DNA from: Protoeuglena noctilucae
Taxonomy: Eukaryota
Length of the DNA: 64,000 nucleotides
Reading direction: 5' to 3'
Assembly: GCA_958009085.1 (NCBI GenBank)
Contig: OY253682.1
Span: 558,001-622,000 of the forward strand
How positions within the stretch are numbered: the first letter of the stretch is position 1; each line of letters begins with the position of its first letter. The notes below the pieces were generated by a model. The model was not told the DNA's origin, made no database searches, and saw only the letters and a program-made list of their open reading frames with translations. This document shows positions 25,301-36,432 of the stretch, one piece after another. A program made the translations under genes and the position numbers.

Positions 25301-28300
25301 CACGCAGGTGTCGGCCTCGACGCAGCTGGCGCCCATCCCCGTCTCCTGCATCTGGTCGAAGGACGCAGCCTCGGGCCGGTACGCCCTGATCATCGAGCGC
25401 GTGGGCGTCGTCGACACGCTCGCCCCGGGCGCCACCACGGCCGACGGCGAGGCCGCGGGCCCCCACGGCCTGCGCGGCCCCGAGGCCACCATGCTCGTCC
25501 AGTCGGTCGGCTACCGGAACGACAACCCGCACCACGCCACGTGCTGCGCCACGTGCCCCGCTACGGGCCCCGGCTCCCAGCGCCGCCTCCAGGTTACGGT
25601 CTACGACCAGGTGCCCATTGACGTGTCGATATCCAACACCCCGGACCCCACCCCGAACGCCACGTGGAACCCCACGGTCACGGAGCTGGCGCCGTGGTTC
25701 CTCGGCCGCGCGAGCACGCCACTCAACCGCGACCTCGCGTTCGAAAACTACAACAACAAGCCGGTGCTGACGGTGCCGGGCACGGGCGGGACGTCCGACG
25801 GGTACGGCTCGGCGGCCCTGCCGATCCAGCGCAGCTGGGTGGAGGTGAACGGGCCGTCCGTGTACCTGGGCAACCTGCCCAGCGAGCAGTACAACGGCTT
25901 CGTGTACCTGCTGCCCAACCTGCAGATGTCCGACGACAGCACGTGGTTCCAGTTCGCGTCGTTCGAGATCACCGGCAACTTTCACGGCCGCCAGATCGAC
26001 CAGACGACATGCAACCTCCAGTGCCCCAACGGCAACTGCGGCTGCTCGGCCTTTTCGGGCCCAGTCGAGGACCTCCTCTTCTGCGACCCGACCGCCGCGT
26101 CGCTGGCGCCGTGGAAGGGCAGCCTGCCGCCCAACGTGCAGTGCCAGTGGCAGTTCGACGAGACGACCAACACGGGCCGCCCGCGCCTGGTCATCCAGGG
26201 CTTCAACGGGGCCTACGTGAAGCCCAGCGACCTGCTCGCCGCCGTCCAGTCGGTGGGGTACAAGAACACGATGGCCTTCCCGCACTGGGGCGACAGCGAG
26301 CTCCGCGCCATCACCTTCACGGTCGCCGACTCGGACCCGCTCCAGGCGGACCCTAAGGGAGAGGAAGAGCAGTGCGCCTGGCAGCCCACGGGCTCGGCCT
26401 CGAGCTCGCTGTACCTGACGGTGCACGTGCAGCCGCACCTGGACGACGTGCTGTTCTTCGAGAACATGCAGTGGAGCATGTGCACGGCCCCCGACTGCAT
26501 CCAGACGCGCAACCCCATCTGCCAGGACCACCAGTGGAGCTGGGGCCCGGTGATGAGCCTGGACGCGAGCGGGAAGTCGACCACGACGCCGGTGACCATG
26601 ATGGTGGGCGGGAAGCCCCAGGTGCTGGAGACGGTAGTCTTCGTGCCCCAGTTCAAGCCGGACGGCACGCCCTACGTGCAGCCGGCCACCTTCTGCGGCC
26701 CCATCCCGACCATGTCGCAGTCGTGCCCCTTCGACCAGTGCCCGCGCTTTCAGTGGGTCACGTCGGCATGGAGTCCCTGCAGCGCCACGTGCAACCCCCA
26801 GGGCACGACCCTTACGGGCACCCGCACGCGCTCGGGCTTCTGCAAGGCCGTGGGCCTGCCCTTCTACGTTCCTCCTTCCCAGGCGGGCTGCTCCCAGTGG
26901 ACGACCGCGGACATGAACAGCACGGTGCTGCAGGTCATCACGGGCACGGTGTCCAAGTGCACCTGCATGGCCTCGGACGTGCCCGCGCTCGTGTCCCAGT
27001 GCACCCCCACCACCTCCTGCCAGGCGTACCAGATCGAGAGCGGCCAGTGGTCCTCGTGCTCGGCCTACTGCGGCTCGGGATCCAAGTACCGCGTGGGCGC
27101 GTGCTACCACTACGCCTCGACCGGCAAGACCCAGGCCTCCTGGGACCAGTGCTTCGCGGCGAGCACGTCGGGCACCGGCATGACGTCCACGGACCCCTCC
27201 AACCCCTGGAAGTGCCCGGACTTCAACGTGGGCAGCAAGTGCACCCTCACGAGTGGGGGCGTCACGCGCCAGTGCCAGGTGTCGTCGTCCAACGGCTTCC
27301 TCACCTGCGTCGAGAAGGCCGCGTGCAACACGGGCGCCTGCCCCAGCTACTTCTGGGACTTCCAGGCGTGCGACAACTGCGACGCGCAGGGGTGGGGCCC
27401 GTGCCAGGCGGCGCCGGGCGCGGCGGCGTGCTCGGACGGCCAGCGCACCCGCACGGCGCAGTGCATGCTCAGCACGGCCAACTCGGTCGCGCCCACCACG
27501 GACCTCGACTGCGAGAACAACGGCATCCCGCGGCCGATCGAGTCGCAGTTCTGCGTGGCCCAGTGCGGCTGCTCGGCCCCCATCGCCCACGACCCCTCGG
27601 GCATCTTCCTCAATGGCACCTGCTCCGGCGACCAGCTCACCTGCGACCCCGGCTACCACCTGGAGAGCGTTTCGACCTCCTCGGGCACCGCCTGGCAGTG
27701 CGCCCAGGACCCTGCCTGCCCCAAGGATCAGTTCTACTTCTACGGACCCATGGTCGGGAGCTCCAGCCCAGCCTCCTGGATGTGCTGCGCGGGCATCGAC
27801 AAGTCCGGGGCCTGCTGCGGCGTCGGGATCTACGCCGACAAGGTGAGAAGGGTAGCTTAGCAGCCCCTTTGCTTTTGCATGTCTTATGTTGTCATGTTGG
27901 GGAGGCTTGGATGTCACGCGATGCTGAGCGTGCAGCGTTGCATAGGCCACGTTCCGCTGTTGGCGACGTGCACAGCAACCGACCCCCCCGCCATCTGCAC
28001 GCAGGACCGCAACTGCTGCCCGGCGGGCAACCTGGTGGACGGCTGCGGCGACTGCTACGACCCCACCCAGTCCTCCGGCGGCGTGTGGTCCATCGTGGAC
28101 GGCCAGTGCTGTGTCACGGGCGAGATGGGCGCCGACGGCTCGTGCTGCCCGGCCGGGTCGCCCGTCGACGACTGCGGCGTGTGCGGCGGCAACAACGAGT
28201 GCAACGTGGTGTCCACCGTCACCACCTACCTCTCCACGGACAGCACCACGTCGACGCCCACCCCGACCCCCGTCCCCCGCCGTGGCCTGGCCGCCTCCTC

Positions 28301-29985
28301 CACCGACTGGTCCTGCTGGGCCATCCAGGTGCGCCATGCGCCTGGGTGATACCCTCACAGCAGCCATCACTCCCTCACAACAGCCAACACCCACTCACAG
28401 CAGCGGTCACAGCGGACTCATCTCACTTGTATTCTGTGTATTACTCTCGGCGTTGTCGTCCTTATCCCACGCGCACCCCACCCTCACCCCACCGTCTGCA
28501 ACTCCCATCTACGCCTGCAGCTCTTCCTGGAGGCCATCTGCGGGGAGCGCCTGGGCCTGGACTGGTCCCAGCGCTGCCAAGTCACGGCCATCTCCGCGGA
28601 GTCCACGCAGAGCATCCGCCGCCTCCTGCAGTCGCCCACGGGGCAGTCGGCCAATGTCGTCGTCACCTTCTCGGTGAGAGGCTGAGCACGTCATATGTCG
28701 ATGCGATGGAACCGGGTCCCTGCTGCGCTGAGTTGTTTCAACTACCGCAGCGTGCGCCATAGGCAGCAAGCCCCCCAAAAGCCCTCTCCGGCATGCGCCT
28801 TGCGCTGGTCCCCTCACCGCCCCGCCCCTCCTGCACCCACGCACGCAGGTCCTGGCCCCGACGTCGTACGGCGACAAGTCGGTCTCCATCCAGGACGTGC
28901 AGACGGCCCTGAACACCAACTCCGGCACCTCGTCGGTCATCGTGAGCAGCGTCCAGAACACAACGTCCTCGGGCGTTTGCGGCAACTTCCGATGCGAGAA
29001 CGGCGAGAACAACACAACCTGCCCCCACGACTGCGTGGTCAAGGCCACCTCCCAGGTCTGCCCCTCGCCCACCACGGGCGTCGGGAGCACCCAGATGGCC
29101 TGCGGCGGCAACGGTGTCTGCTCCTACGGCGCCTGCGTGTGCAACCAGGGGTACCGCGGCCCCGCCTGCGACTACTGCGACACCGCGGCCGGGTTCCAGG
29201 CCTACGGCTCCGTGTGCATCGGAGGCGTCGTCACCAACTCCACGCCCGCGCCCACCGCCGGGACCGCCGGCACTGGCAGCGGCTCCACAGGGTCCGGCAC
29301 GTCGACCGGCACGGGCACGGGCGCAAAGGCACCCTCGGGCAGCACCGCCCCGGCGCCCTCCGGCTCCGGCAGCACCCTCCCCGGCGCGGGGTCCTCCTCG
29401 ACCTGGCCCCCGCCCTCGTCTGGCACGCCCAGCACGCCCTCGGCTGCGCCAGGCTCGCCCCCGACGTCCCCTGGCGCCTCCGGGAACTTCGGGCAGAGGT
29501 GAGACGCTTTGTGTTTGGTGCTGATATGATGCGGAATGCTCTGGCAGCCCTGCCCGTGATTGCGAGCCTCGGCTGGGCACAAGCGCTCTGGTGCTGAACC
29601 CTCGCAAACCTCCTCCCCCCGCAGCCCCAGCTCGTCGCCGCCGGGCAGCGTCTCGGGAGCGGGCGCCAGCACCGCCACGATGGCCCTCATGGCGGTGGGC
29701 TTCATGGCGGCGGGCGCGGGCATCGTGCTCTTCGCCGGCCTGGTCGTCCGCGTTGTCAAGCGCCGCAAGGAGATGGCGCAGGTCGGCGTGGCACCCATCG
29801 TGCTCAACCCGGCCCCGATCGTCCCCAAGCCGGTGGCCGTGGCCGCCGCACCTGCCTCGGCCGCGTCGACGGCAGAGCCCGCCGGGTCGCGACCCATGTC
29901 GGCCGTCCGCACCAACGCCGTCACACCCATTGACGCCCCCGCGGAGGACACGGGGTCCGTCGACGACGTCGTGGTGCACTCGTGA
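7323..29985 (+). CDS. Giant (~7,064 aa) type I transmembrane adhesin-like protein: signal peptide, ~26 cadherin/Ig-like repeats, P-domain, CBM-like domain, TSP1 repeats, Cys-rich repeats, EGF-like domain, TM helix, short tail
   Basis: Exons: 7323-7441, 7527-7612, 7704-7948, 8135-8342, 8468-8705, 8801-8907, 9024-9187, 9303-27842, 28005-28328, 28521-28673, 28849-29498, 29625-29985. They sum to 21,195 nt with all phases compatible; the 8705/8801 junction needs a TT donor. The N-terminus MLAGIRRMCAALQLLALLAAVALPGAAVG is signal-peptide-like. TM MALMAVGFMAAGAGIVLFAGLVVRVV is followed by KRRK. Confidence 0.9.
9405..10190 (+). repeat. Gly/Ser/Tyr-rich low-complexity coding segment with ~10 xxDGG(S) units and two RRxLMDS motifs
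   Basis: Translation shows QSDGGS, RQDGGS, TNDGGS, YNDGGS, QNDGGS, GNDGGW, TGDGGS, TRDGGS and NQDGSS, separated by poly-Gly (GGC/GGT runs). Confidence 0.9.
11016..23930 (+). repeat. Internal tandem duplication of a 10-domain block (copy 1 ~11016-17201, copy 2 ~17202-23930)
   Basis: Colinear paired motifs: FEDPLQVCIL/FEDPLVLCIL; FIEGDNPWTPVTLATVLG/FIEGDTPWTPVTLATVLG; YSNRGDDPKAGTS/YSNRGDDPTAGTS; VVPVNDVPVIAVTSAPTYLEQ/VVPVNDVPVIVTTSAPTYLEQ; GIFDPPKL/GIFDPPRL; DVDSCD/DVDSCD; GDHGSD/GDHGSD; GPDRGVSF/GPDRSVTF. Confidence 0.95.
15510..15960 (+). other. Proprotein-convertase P-domain-like module inside the giant protein
   Basis: ITHPLVSDLAVNLRAPKG ... PLATTFAGIDPTGIWTLELDD ... VGTLNGWGVVFS matches the H..xDL.I.L.xP.G / F.G...G.WTL.V.D / GTL..W pattern of P-domains. 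Confidence 0.8.
26750..27570 (+). repeat. Three thrombospondin type-1-like repeats
   Basis: WVTSAWSPCSATC...RTRSGFC; SGQWSSCSAYCGSGSKYRVGAC; GWGPC...CSDGQRTRTAQC. Confidence 0.85.
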
Positions 29986-30800
29986 CGCCCGCCCGGGCCA
30001 GCACCTTTGAATAGGCTCTGCATAGACCAATAGAACCCACTTCCATGTCTACCATGCATGCGCGCCCGGCTTGGCACCTCGTGCCTTCCGGGCCCGCACT
30101 TTCCGTCCCTGTGCAGCTCGACCCGTGACTGTGTTCCCCATGACCATCCTCACACCTTTTTGGGGGCAGTTGAGCCCAGTCAGTCCTGCTGGTGCAGCTC
30201 TGCACAGCGCCGGGCTGCACGCGCCCACCAGCCCGTTGCTTTGTCATGTTTGGAGGAGGAGGGGCGGCTGGAGCCCCAAGGCAACCTCACCCGCGGCGGT
30301 GGCTGTTTTTAGGTCGGGCACGTGGCGACCCCTCGTGCATCTCCCAGCTGCACCTGACCACCCCCGCTCTTTTGGGCGAGCGGGGGTGGTGGGCGCCGCA
30401 GGGCTCGAGTGGGCGTCTCGCCGGCTGCATGAGTTTGTTTTGTTGGCGTGGAGGAATGAGGCCGCGGTGGCCGGATGCTTTGTGTGCCGGCGCCTTCCCG
30501 ACCGCACACGGCGGGTGGGGGGAGGCTGAGGGGTGGAATTTGCTCTATCTGCATTGCGTGGCTGGATGCGCCGCGGTCGGACCCGGCTATGGCAGCACTC
30601 TGTTTCCCTCCGCTGCCGTTCTGTTGAATTCAATGCACAATGCAACACCATCATCTGACACTGACGTGCCTCTGGCACGGCGGAACAGCTCTGTTATGAT
30701 CCCCGCCCTGCGCTCGTGTCGCCAACGATCAGGCACGCCCTGCAGTGTTCCGGCCGAGGACCCCCCGGGCCGACTGAAACATTGAGCACCATTCCTGTCC

Positions 30801-31281
30801 ATGCGGCGGGAGTGGGTTCCGATAGCGGGGGGCATTCTCGTGGTCTCCGGCGCCTTCCTAGTGACGAGAGTGACGGTAAGCACGCACTGAGGAGCACGCA
30901 AGTCGCTGCAACGGCCGAATCGAATCCTTGGCTCACCGCTTGCTGATCGCTCGCCCGATGGTCGCCGCAGAACGGATACGACCGGCGGACGGGCGCGGCG
31001 CGCGATCCTCTGAAACTATTGCAGCAATTGGAGGTGGAGGGGAAGGCACCAACGGGGTCTCTCGCGCGCATTGAGCAACTGTCGTCCATCAAGGACCCGC
31101 GGGAGTCTCTCGAGGCCATGCTCCAGCACGGGAAGGACGATGGCGGCCGGCGTGGCGCGTGAGTGCTTGCTGGAATGCATTAGAGCATCAAACCGATGCG
31201 ACCCGGCCGCTGGATGACCCTGCCTTTTGCACCGATGCTTGCAGGTCGCCTCCACCGCGAGGGAGCCAGCCTAGCGCCTAG
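30801..31281 (+). CDS. Hypothetical 99-aa protein with an N-terminal transmembrane segment
   Basis: Exons 30801-30875, 30971-31158, 31245-31281 (GTAAGC and GTGAGT donors, CAG acceptors, 300 nt): MRREWVPIAGGILVVSGAFLVTRVT|NGYDRRTGAARDPLKLLQQLEVEGK...PSA*. Confidence 0.7.
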
Positions 31282-31394
31282 CAAGCCGTGGATAACAATC
31301 ATCTAGGTAACGTTCTTCCGTTTCAGTGTCGCTACTTCTCCATTCAACCGCACATGACGGCAATCAACACCCTCTTGAATGTATTTTGCGCTTG

Positions 31395-32008
31395 CTACAC
31401 GTCGAATCCCTCGGACCTGCGTGGCACAGCACATGCGATGGCGAGTGAGACCAACGTCGACCGCAGCCTGCTTCGAAACCCCTAAACCTGGCGAGGGAGG
31501 CTTGCTGCTCACCGCAGACACGCCTTGTGGGCCTCGATGAACCGCTTGCACTCCGGATGCTCCTCCCCAAACATGACCACGCACTCGTCTCGGGGCTTGC
31601 GCGTCTCAGGGCACGAGCAGCAAATCTTCTTCCCCGACTTCCCGAGCTTGGCCGCGGTGGGTTCTGCAGGGGCTTAAGTTGCGGGGACCTCGGGCCTCAA
31701 TTTGGACCCACACCGATCGCGGGCGTCACATTTCTGCTCAAAGAAACCAGCGAGGCTGAAGCGACGCCCAGAGACGCTCGGCTCACCCTCTTTTTTCTCC
31801 GGCTTCGCACCGCCCTGCGGGCGAGACACAGAACGCGCCCTCAGCCACGCGCAGCGGCACGAGGGCAGCATAGCATCGAAGACGACAGTGCGATGAAACA
31901 CATCGCGGGAGCGGGCGTCGCGGATCCGGGGGGAGCGACGGGGGCAGCACTGCGTTGCGAAGTGTGGCCAGCACTCACCCACAAGCTCGCCAACGCCCCC
32001 CAAACCAT
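31395..32008 (-). CDS. COX17: Cytochrome c oxidase copper chaperone (76 aa)
   Basis: Exons 32008-31979, 31814-31787, 31663-31513, 31416-31395 give ...[47 protein letters not shown], with the CCxC copper motif and twin CX9C. Confidence 0.96.
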
Positions 32009-32385
32009 ATCTGACGCCCCCGTTATCGTCAAATAAGTGCAGCAGGGGGACGAAGCTGCTAAGAAGATCTCAGGATGGTCGCTGCAGAGGCGCTGCTGGG
32101 TTCTAAGGCGCAAGCGAACTCTCTCCGCAGTTCTCTGAAGCCACCAGATCCGTATATATGCAGAGTCTCGCTAGTGTTGCGCATGCAGAGAGTGGAAGCC
32201 GGGAACATTTGGTGAAGACGCATAAGCACGGTTCGCCAGCCTCTGGCGAGGCGCAGTGCTGCCAGCGAGGGCAGAGCGATGCTTTGAGGTCGCGCTATAC
32301 GCAACATCCATCGAGTCGAGCTGTCGCTTGACCGCTGTCCCCAGGCGGATCTCCTTTGGAGCACTCAAGAAGAGTTTGCAGCTTC

Positions 32386-35300
32386 ATGGACGGGGGGGAG
32401 CACGAAGGGCCGGGCCCGCCGGGCTCCGTGAGGAGGGATGCAGACGGGTTTGTGATGCCGGACCTGCCAGTCAAGTCTCCCGCGAAATCGGAGGGTCCCC
32501 GTTTGGTTGAGCGCGAAGGGAAGGACGATGGCTTCCCTGTCCCGCCCCCGCGCCCGATGTCTCGGGACACCGGCGCAAGCGCCGCCTTGGAGAAACCCAA
32601 TTCTTCAGCTCAGGTCGATGGGGCTGCTGAGGTGACTGCGGAGCGGCGCTTGGGTGCACCATTGTGCGTGAGTGACACCGGCACGCCGCGACACCTGCTG
32701 AACCGCGGTCTCTGCTCGCATGACGCAGGGAGAACCCGCGGTTCCTCAGGCTGCAGAGGGGGACGCAGAGGGAGACGCAGAGGTGACTTACCAGGCCTGC
32801 AACGTAGCCCCTGCACTCTGAAGGGCCTTTTTCCAACGGCTTCGTCGCTCGATTGCAGGCGCGCCAGGCTGTGAAGCCCCCAAGCACGTACACGCCTCCC
32901 GAATGGGCTGGACGGCCCGGGGGCGACCCTTACCGCCTGGACGTGCTTCGCGGTGGGGTCCTGCTGGGATCGGTGCAGTTGACGGAGATGGACCACTTCC
33001 GTTTCGGCAGGGGACCCACGTGCGAGATCGTCACCGACCATCCCACCTGCTCCCGCCTCCACGCGGTGCTGCAACTCAAGTGCGTGTTAAGCTGTGGCCA
33101 TCGAACACGCCCTGTCCGTTTCCCTGCCACTCATATATCGTCGTTGTGACGCCCTATGAGCTCTTCCTCCCCCGCGTGTCCCTAGGGCGACGGGCGAGGC
33201 GTTCCTGGTTGACTGCGCATCCACGCACGGCACGTTCCTCAACAAGCGCCGGCTGAAGCCCTACGCCTTTGCCCCCGTCCGCGTGGGGGACATGGTGCGA
33301 CTCGGGGAGAGCTCCAGGCTCTACGTGCTCGAGGTGAGTTTGTACTGGTGAACCCAGGCCAGGGATACCCAGGAAAAGGGCTGGGTGGTGTGTCGGGAAT
33401 CCCCAACATGCGCACTTGCTGACCCGTAACTGACTGCATCCCTGCCCTGACGCAGGGACCCCCGGAGCTGCGGGGCGAGGACGACGCAGAGGTGGCCGAT
33501 GCGGAGGCGGCGGCCCGGGTCAAGCTGGCGGAGCAGGCGCGGGCGACGCGGCACGCGGAACGGGAGCGCAAGACGGCAGAGATCCGCGCTGCGATTGGTG
33601 GGGTCACATGTGAGTGGTTGGACCATGCATTGGCTTGGCTTGTGTACTATCTAGCGCAGTGCATCCAGTGTTCTCTTCTGTAACCTGTGTGTGGACAATG
33701 TCTTGGCTTGTGGGTCCTATGTACAAGCGATTAGTGAGCTGCCGCACGAGCTGCAGCATTTATGGGGAAGCTCGACATTTGCTGCTCGTTGCTGCCACTC
33801 TCGCCTGGCGAGTCACGCATTGTCACTCTCCCAACCCACTCCGTGCAGGGGGCGTGCCAGAGGACGCGCCAGAAACGGAGGACGGTTTGGACCTCGAGAT
33901 CGACTGGCGCAAGATGCTGGGGCAGAACCAGTTGAACGACAAGCAGCGGGATGCGGCGAACAAGATTCGATTAAAGGAGGCGAAGCTGGAGAGATGCCGG
34001 GGGGAGGCGGACCGACTGAGGAAGAAGGACCGGGACTCTGCGGACGGGCTGAGGTGCGTGGAGAGGGGGGGTGTGGGTGCGGCAAGGGAGCGCGTGGGGA
34101 GAACGAGGGCAAGGGAACGAATAAGACATCAAGCCCACATTTGTTTGCCCGCTTTGGTGCTCACACCGGTCATGCATGCCTCGGCGCACCTGTCCCGCCA
34201 AACCACACGCCCACCGCCTCGCATTCACCCCGTGCTCACTACTGTGCCTTGCAGCGCGGGCCAGGCCCAGGCGCTGCGAAACCTGGAGATAAAGGCGGAG
34301 AAGCTGGAGGAGGAGATTGGAGAGATGGAGGAGGAGCTGGAGGAGGCACTGAGGGAGAGCGTGATGGCCAAGAAGGGTCTGTCCCAGGGCAAGCGATCGG
34401 CGCTGGAGCGGCAGCGGGGGGCGCGGCGGAGGGCGAGGGGTGGCGACGGCAGCGATGGGGAAGGGTCTGACGACGACGACGACAATCTCCTCGATCTGAC
34501 CAAGCGGGGGAAGAAGGCGAGGGGGCCATTGTGTTGTGTGACGTGCGACCATGCGTCGTTGCGTGCCTCCCACCTCTGTGTCACCTCCTTCCCTTTGCAC
34601 CTCGCCACCTCTCCCCTCCTCCTGTTCTCTCTGTGCTGAGGTTGTCCCTCACCGCCTCTCTGCCACTCACTCATCCCTCGTGGCCGCCCCACCCTCTCAC
34701 CACCGTCAACCCCCTCGCTCTTTGCAGAAGGCTCGCCAGGGCCCAGCCGGCTCTGCGGGCTCTCACCCCGAGGCGGAGGTGGTGACGGTGGAGAGTCTCG
34801 CGGGGCAGAAGGCAGCGCTGGAGGTGGAGAAGAAGCGACTGGAGCAGGCACTGGCGGTCGAGGAGGCCACGCTGGCGATGGATGAGAGGAGCGGGAGGTG
34901 AGCAGAGGTGGAGGTGGCTGTGTTGGATGAGAGGGGCGGGAGGTGTGTGAGGAGGAGAGGTGCGTACTGTTAATGGGTTTTTTGCGCCGATCGTGCATGA
35001 AATCCCGCAGAATCCCGTGGTGCAACTAGGTACAGCGTTGCACTGCCTCACAGGGACGGCGGCGGCAGTGGCGGCGGTGAGGGTCCGTCGGCTGCGTATG
35101 GTTCGGATGACTTGGACGCCTTCATGGCGGAGATTCAGCAGAAGGTGGATAAGGACAAGGTGCAGAGGATCAAAGACGAGCTGGAGCAAGTGGGTGAGGG
35201 AGCAGCATGGGCGGAGATCGCTGGGACATGCAGTGTGATGGGACTGGCGAGCGGGACACTGTGCGAGCTGCCCAGCGAGGGGTGATCGACACAGCGCAGG

Positions 35301-36276
35301 GTCAGGCAGGTTGTTGGTATTAACAAAAGTGCCTGTCCGGTTCCTCACCTCGCCCCTGTCCTTGCTGTGTATCTGCAGACGCGAAGCTGTCGCGGGTGGG
35401 TCGCCTGCTGGACCTGGCGGACCCAGACGGGTATTACCGGCCCAAAGAGGGTGACCTCGAGGCACACAAGAGGGAGGCGCAGAGAAAGATGGCGGAGGAG
35501 CGGCTGAGGAAGATGCAGGAAGAAGCCGCAAGGCGCCAGGCGGAGATCGACGCGAAGAGGGCGAAGGAACTGGCGGAGAGGCGGGGGAGGGGGCGGCGGG
35601 GGGCGGAGGTGGTGGAGGAGGAAGAGGAGGGGACTGGGGAGGCTGGGGCGAGCAGTCAGGGAGAGGCGGGGGCACGGAATGGGGTGGAGGCGGGTGCGGG
35701 TGGCGGAGCAGCGGGGGGGCTGGGACGAGGAGATCGGGTGATTGAGCGGGAGGGAGTGGGGCTCGCGGGGCTGCGGGCAGCGGAGGGGCAGGGAGGGGCG
35801 GTGGCAGGGACAACCCGGGTGCCAGTTTCTGGGAATGGGGACGAGGAGGGCGGTCTGATCGTCCCTGCAAAGAGGGCACAGAAGGTGGTTAAGGAAGGCA
35901 AAGGGAGAGGGACGCCGGGATCTGCATCTGCGAGTGGGCCCCCAAACCCCAAGTCCACTGCACCGTCATCGGCCGCACCGTCAACGGCCGCAGCAGGTGA
36001 GGGGTCGGGGATGTCTCATCTACCACCCTGCCATCGCCCCTTGTATCGACTGCACCTTGTGCCCCACCCACCACACACTCGTTTGCCTGTGTGTCTTGAC
36101 CTGCAGCGGCCCAGGCTCGCGTGCGGGAGGAGCTGCAGCGTCTGTTGCGGGCCAAGCAGGGCGTCCGGGCAGAGACGGAGGGCACGGGGACTGGCACCGG
36201 GGAGAGCTCCGAGGAGGCCTTTGCTGGTCAGACGGGGGACGGCCGCACACGGCTCAACGACAAGTACGGCTACTGA
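32386..36276 (+). CDS. Kanadaptin (SLC4A1AP)-like FHA-domain coiled-coil protein, multi-exon
   Basis: YTPPEWAG..., FGR...DHPTCSRLHAVLQ and STHGTFLNKRRL (FHA domain); DDLDAFM; LLDLADP; characteristic C-terminus GQTGDGRTRLNDKYGY*. Not all exon borders were resolved. Confidence 0.9.
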
Positions 36277-36432
36277 GGCTGCCTGGATTTGAACAAGAGA
36301 TGTTGTTCGTCGTTGAAATTGTTTTCTTTATGCACAAGTGGGGCGTGGGGCAGCTGGGCAGTGGATTCGCATACAGAGCTTGACTTTCAAAAATGTTGCC
36401 TCAGACCGTGAAACACCAGTCAATACTGATCA

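Noticed and set aside
10143..28394. Very long antisense and alternate-frame ORFs (668, 724, 1275, 1363 aa and others) overlapping the giant gene
   Set aside because: These are shadow ORFs expected from extreme GC3 bias. The translations are Arg/Gly/Ala-rich and show no domain signal.
7323..29985. Bacterial contamination or an inserted mobile element as the source of the giant gene
   Set aside because: The gene has spliceosomal introns at both ends, a eukaryotic signal peptide and TM helix, and host-like codon usage. No transposase, integrase or terminal repeats are visible.
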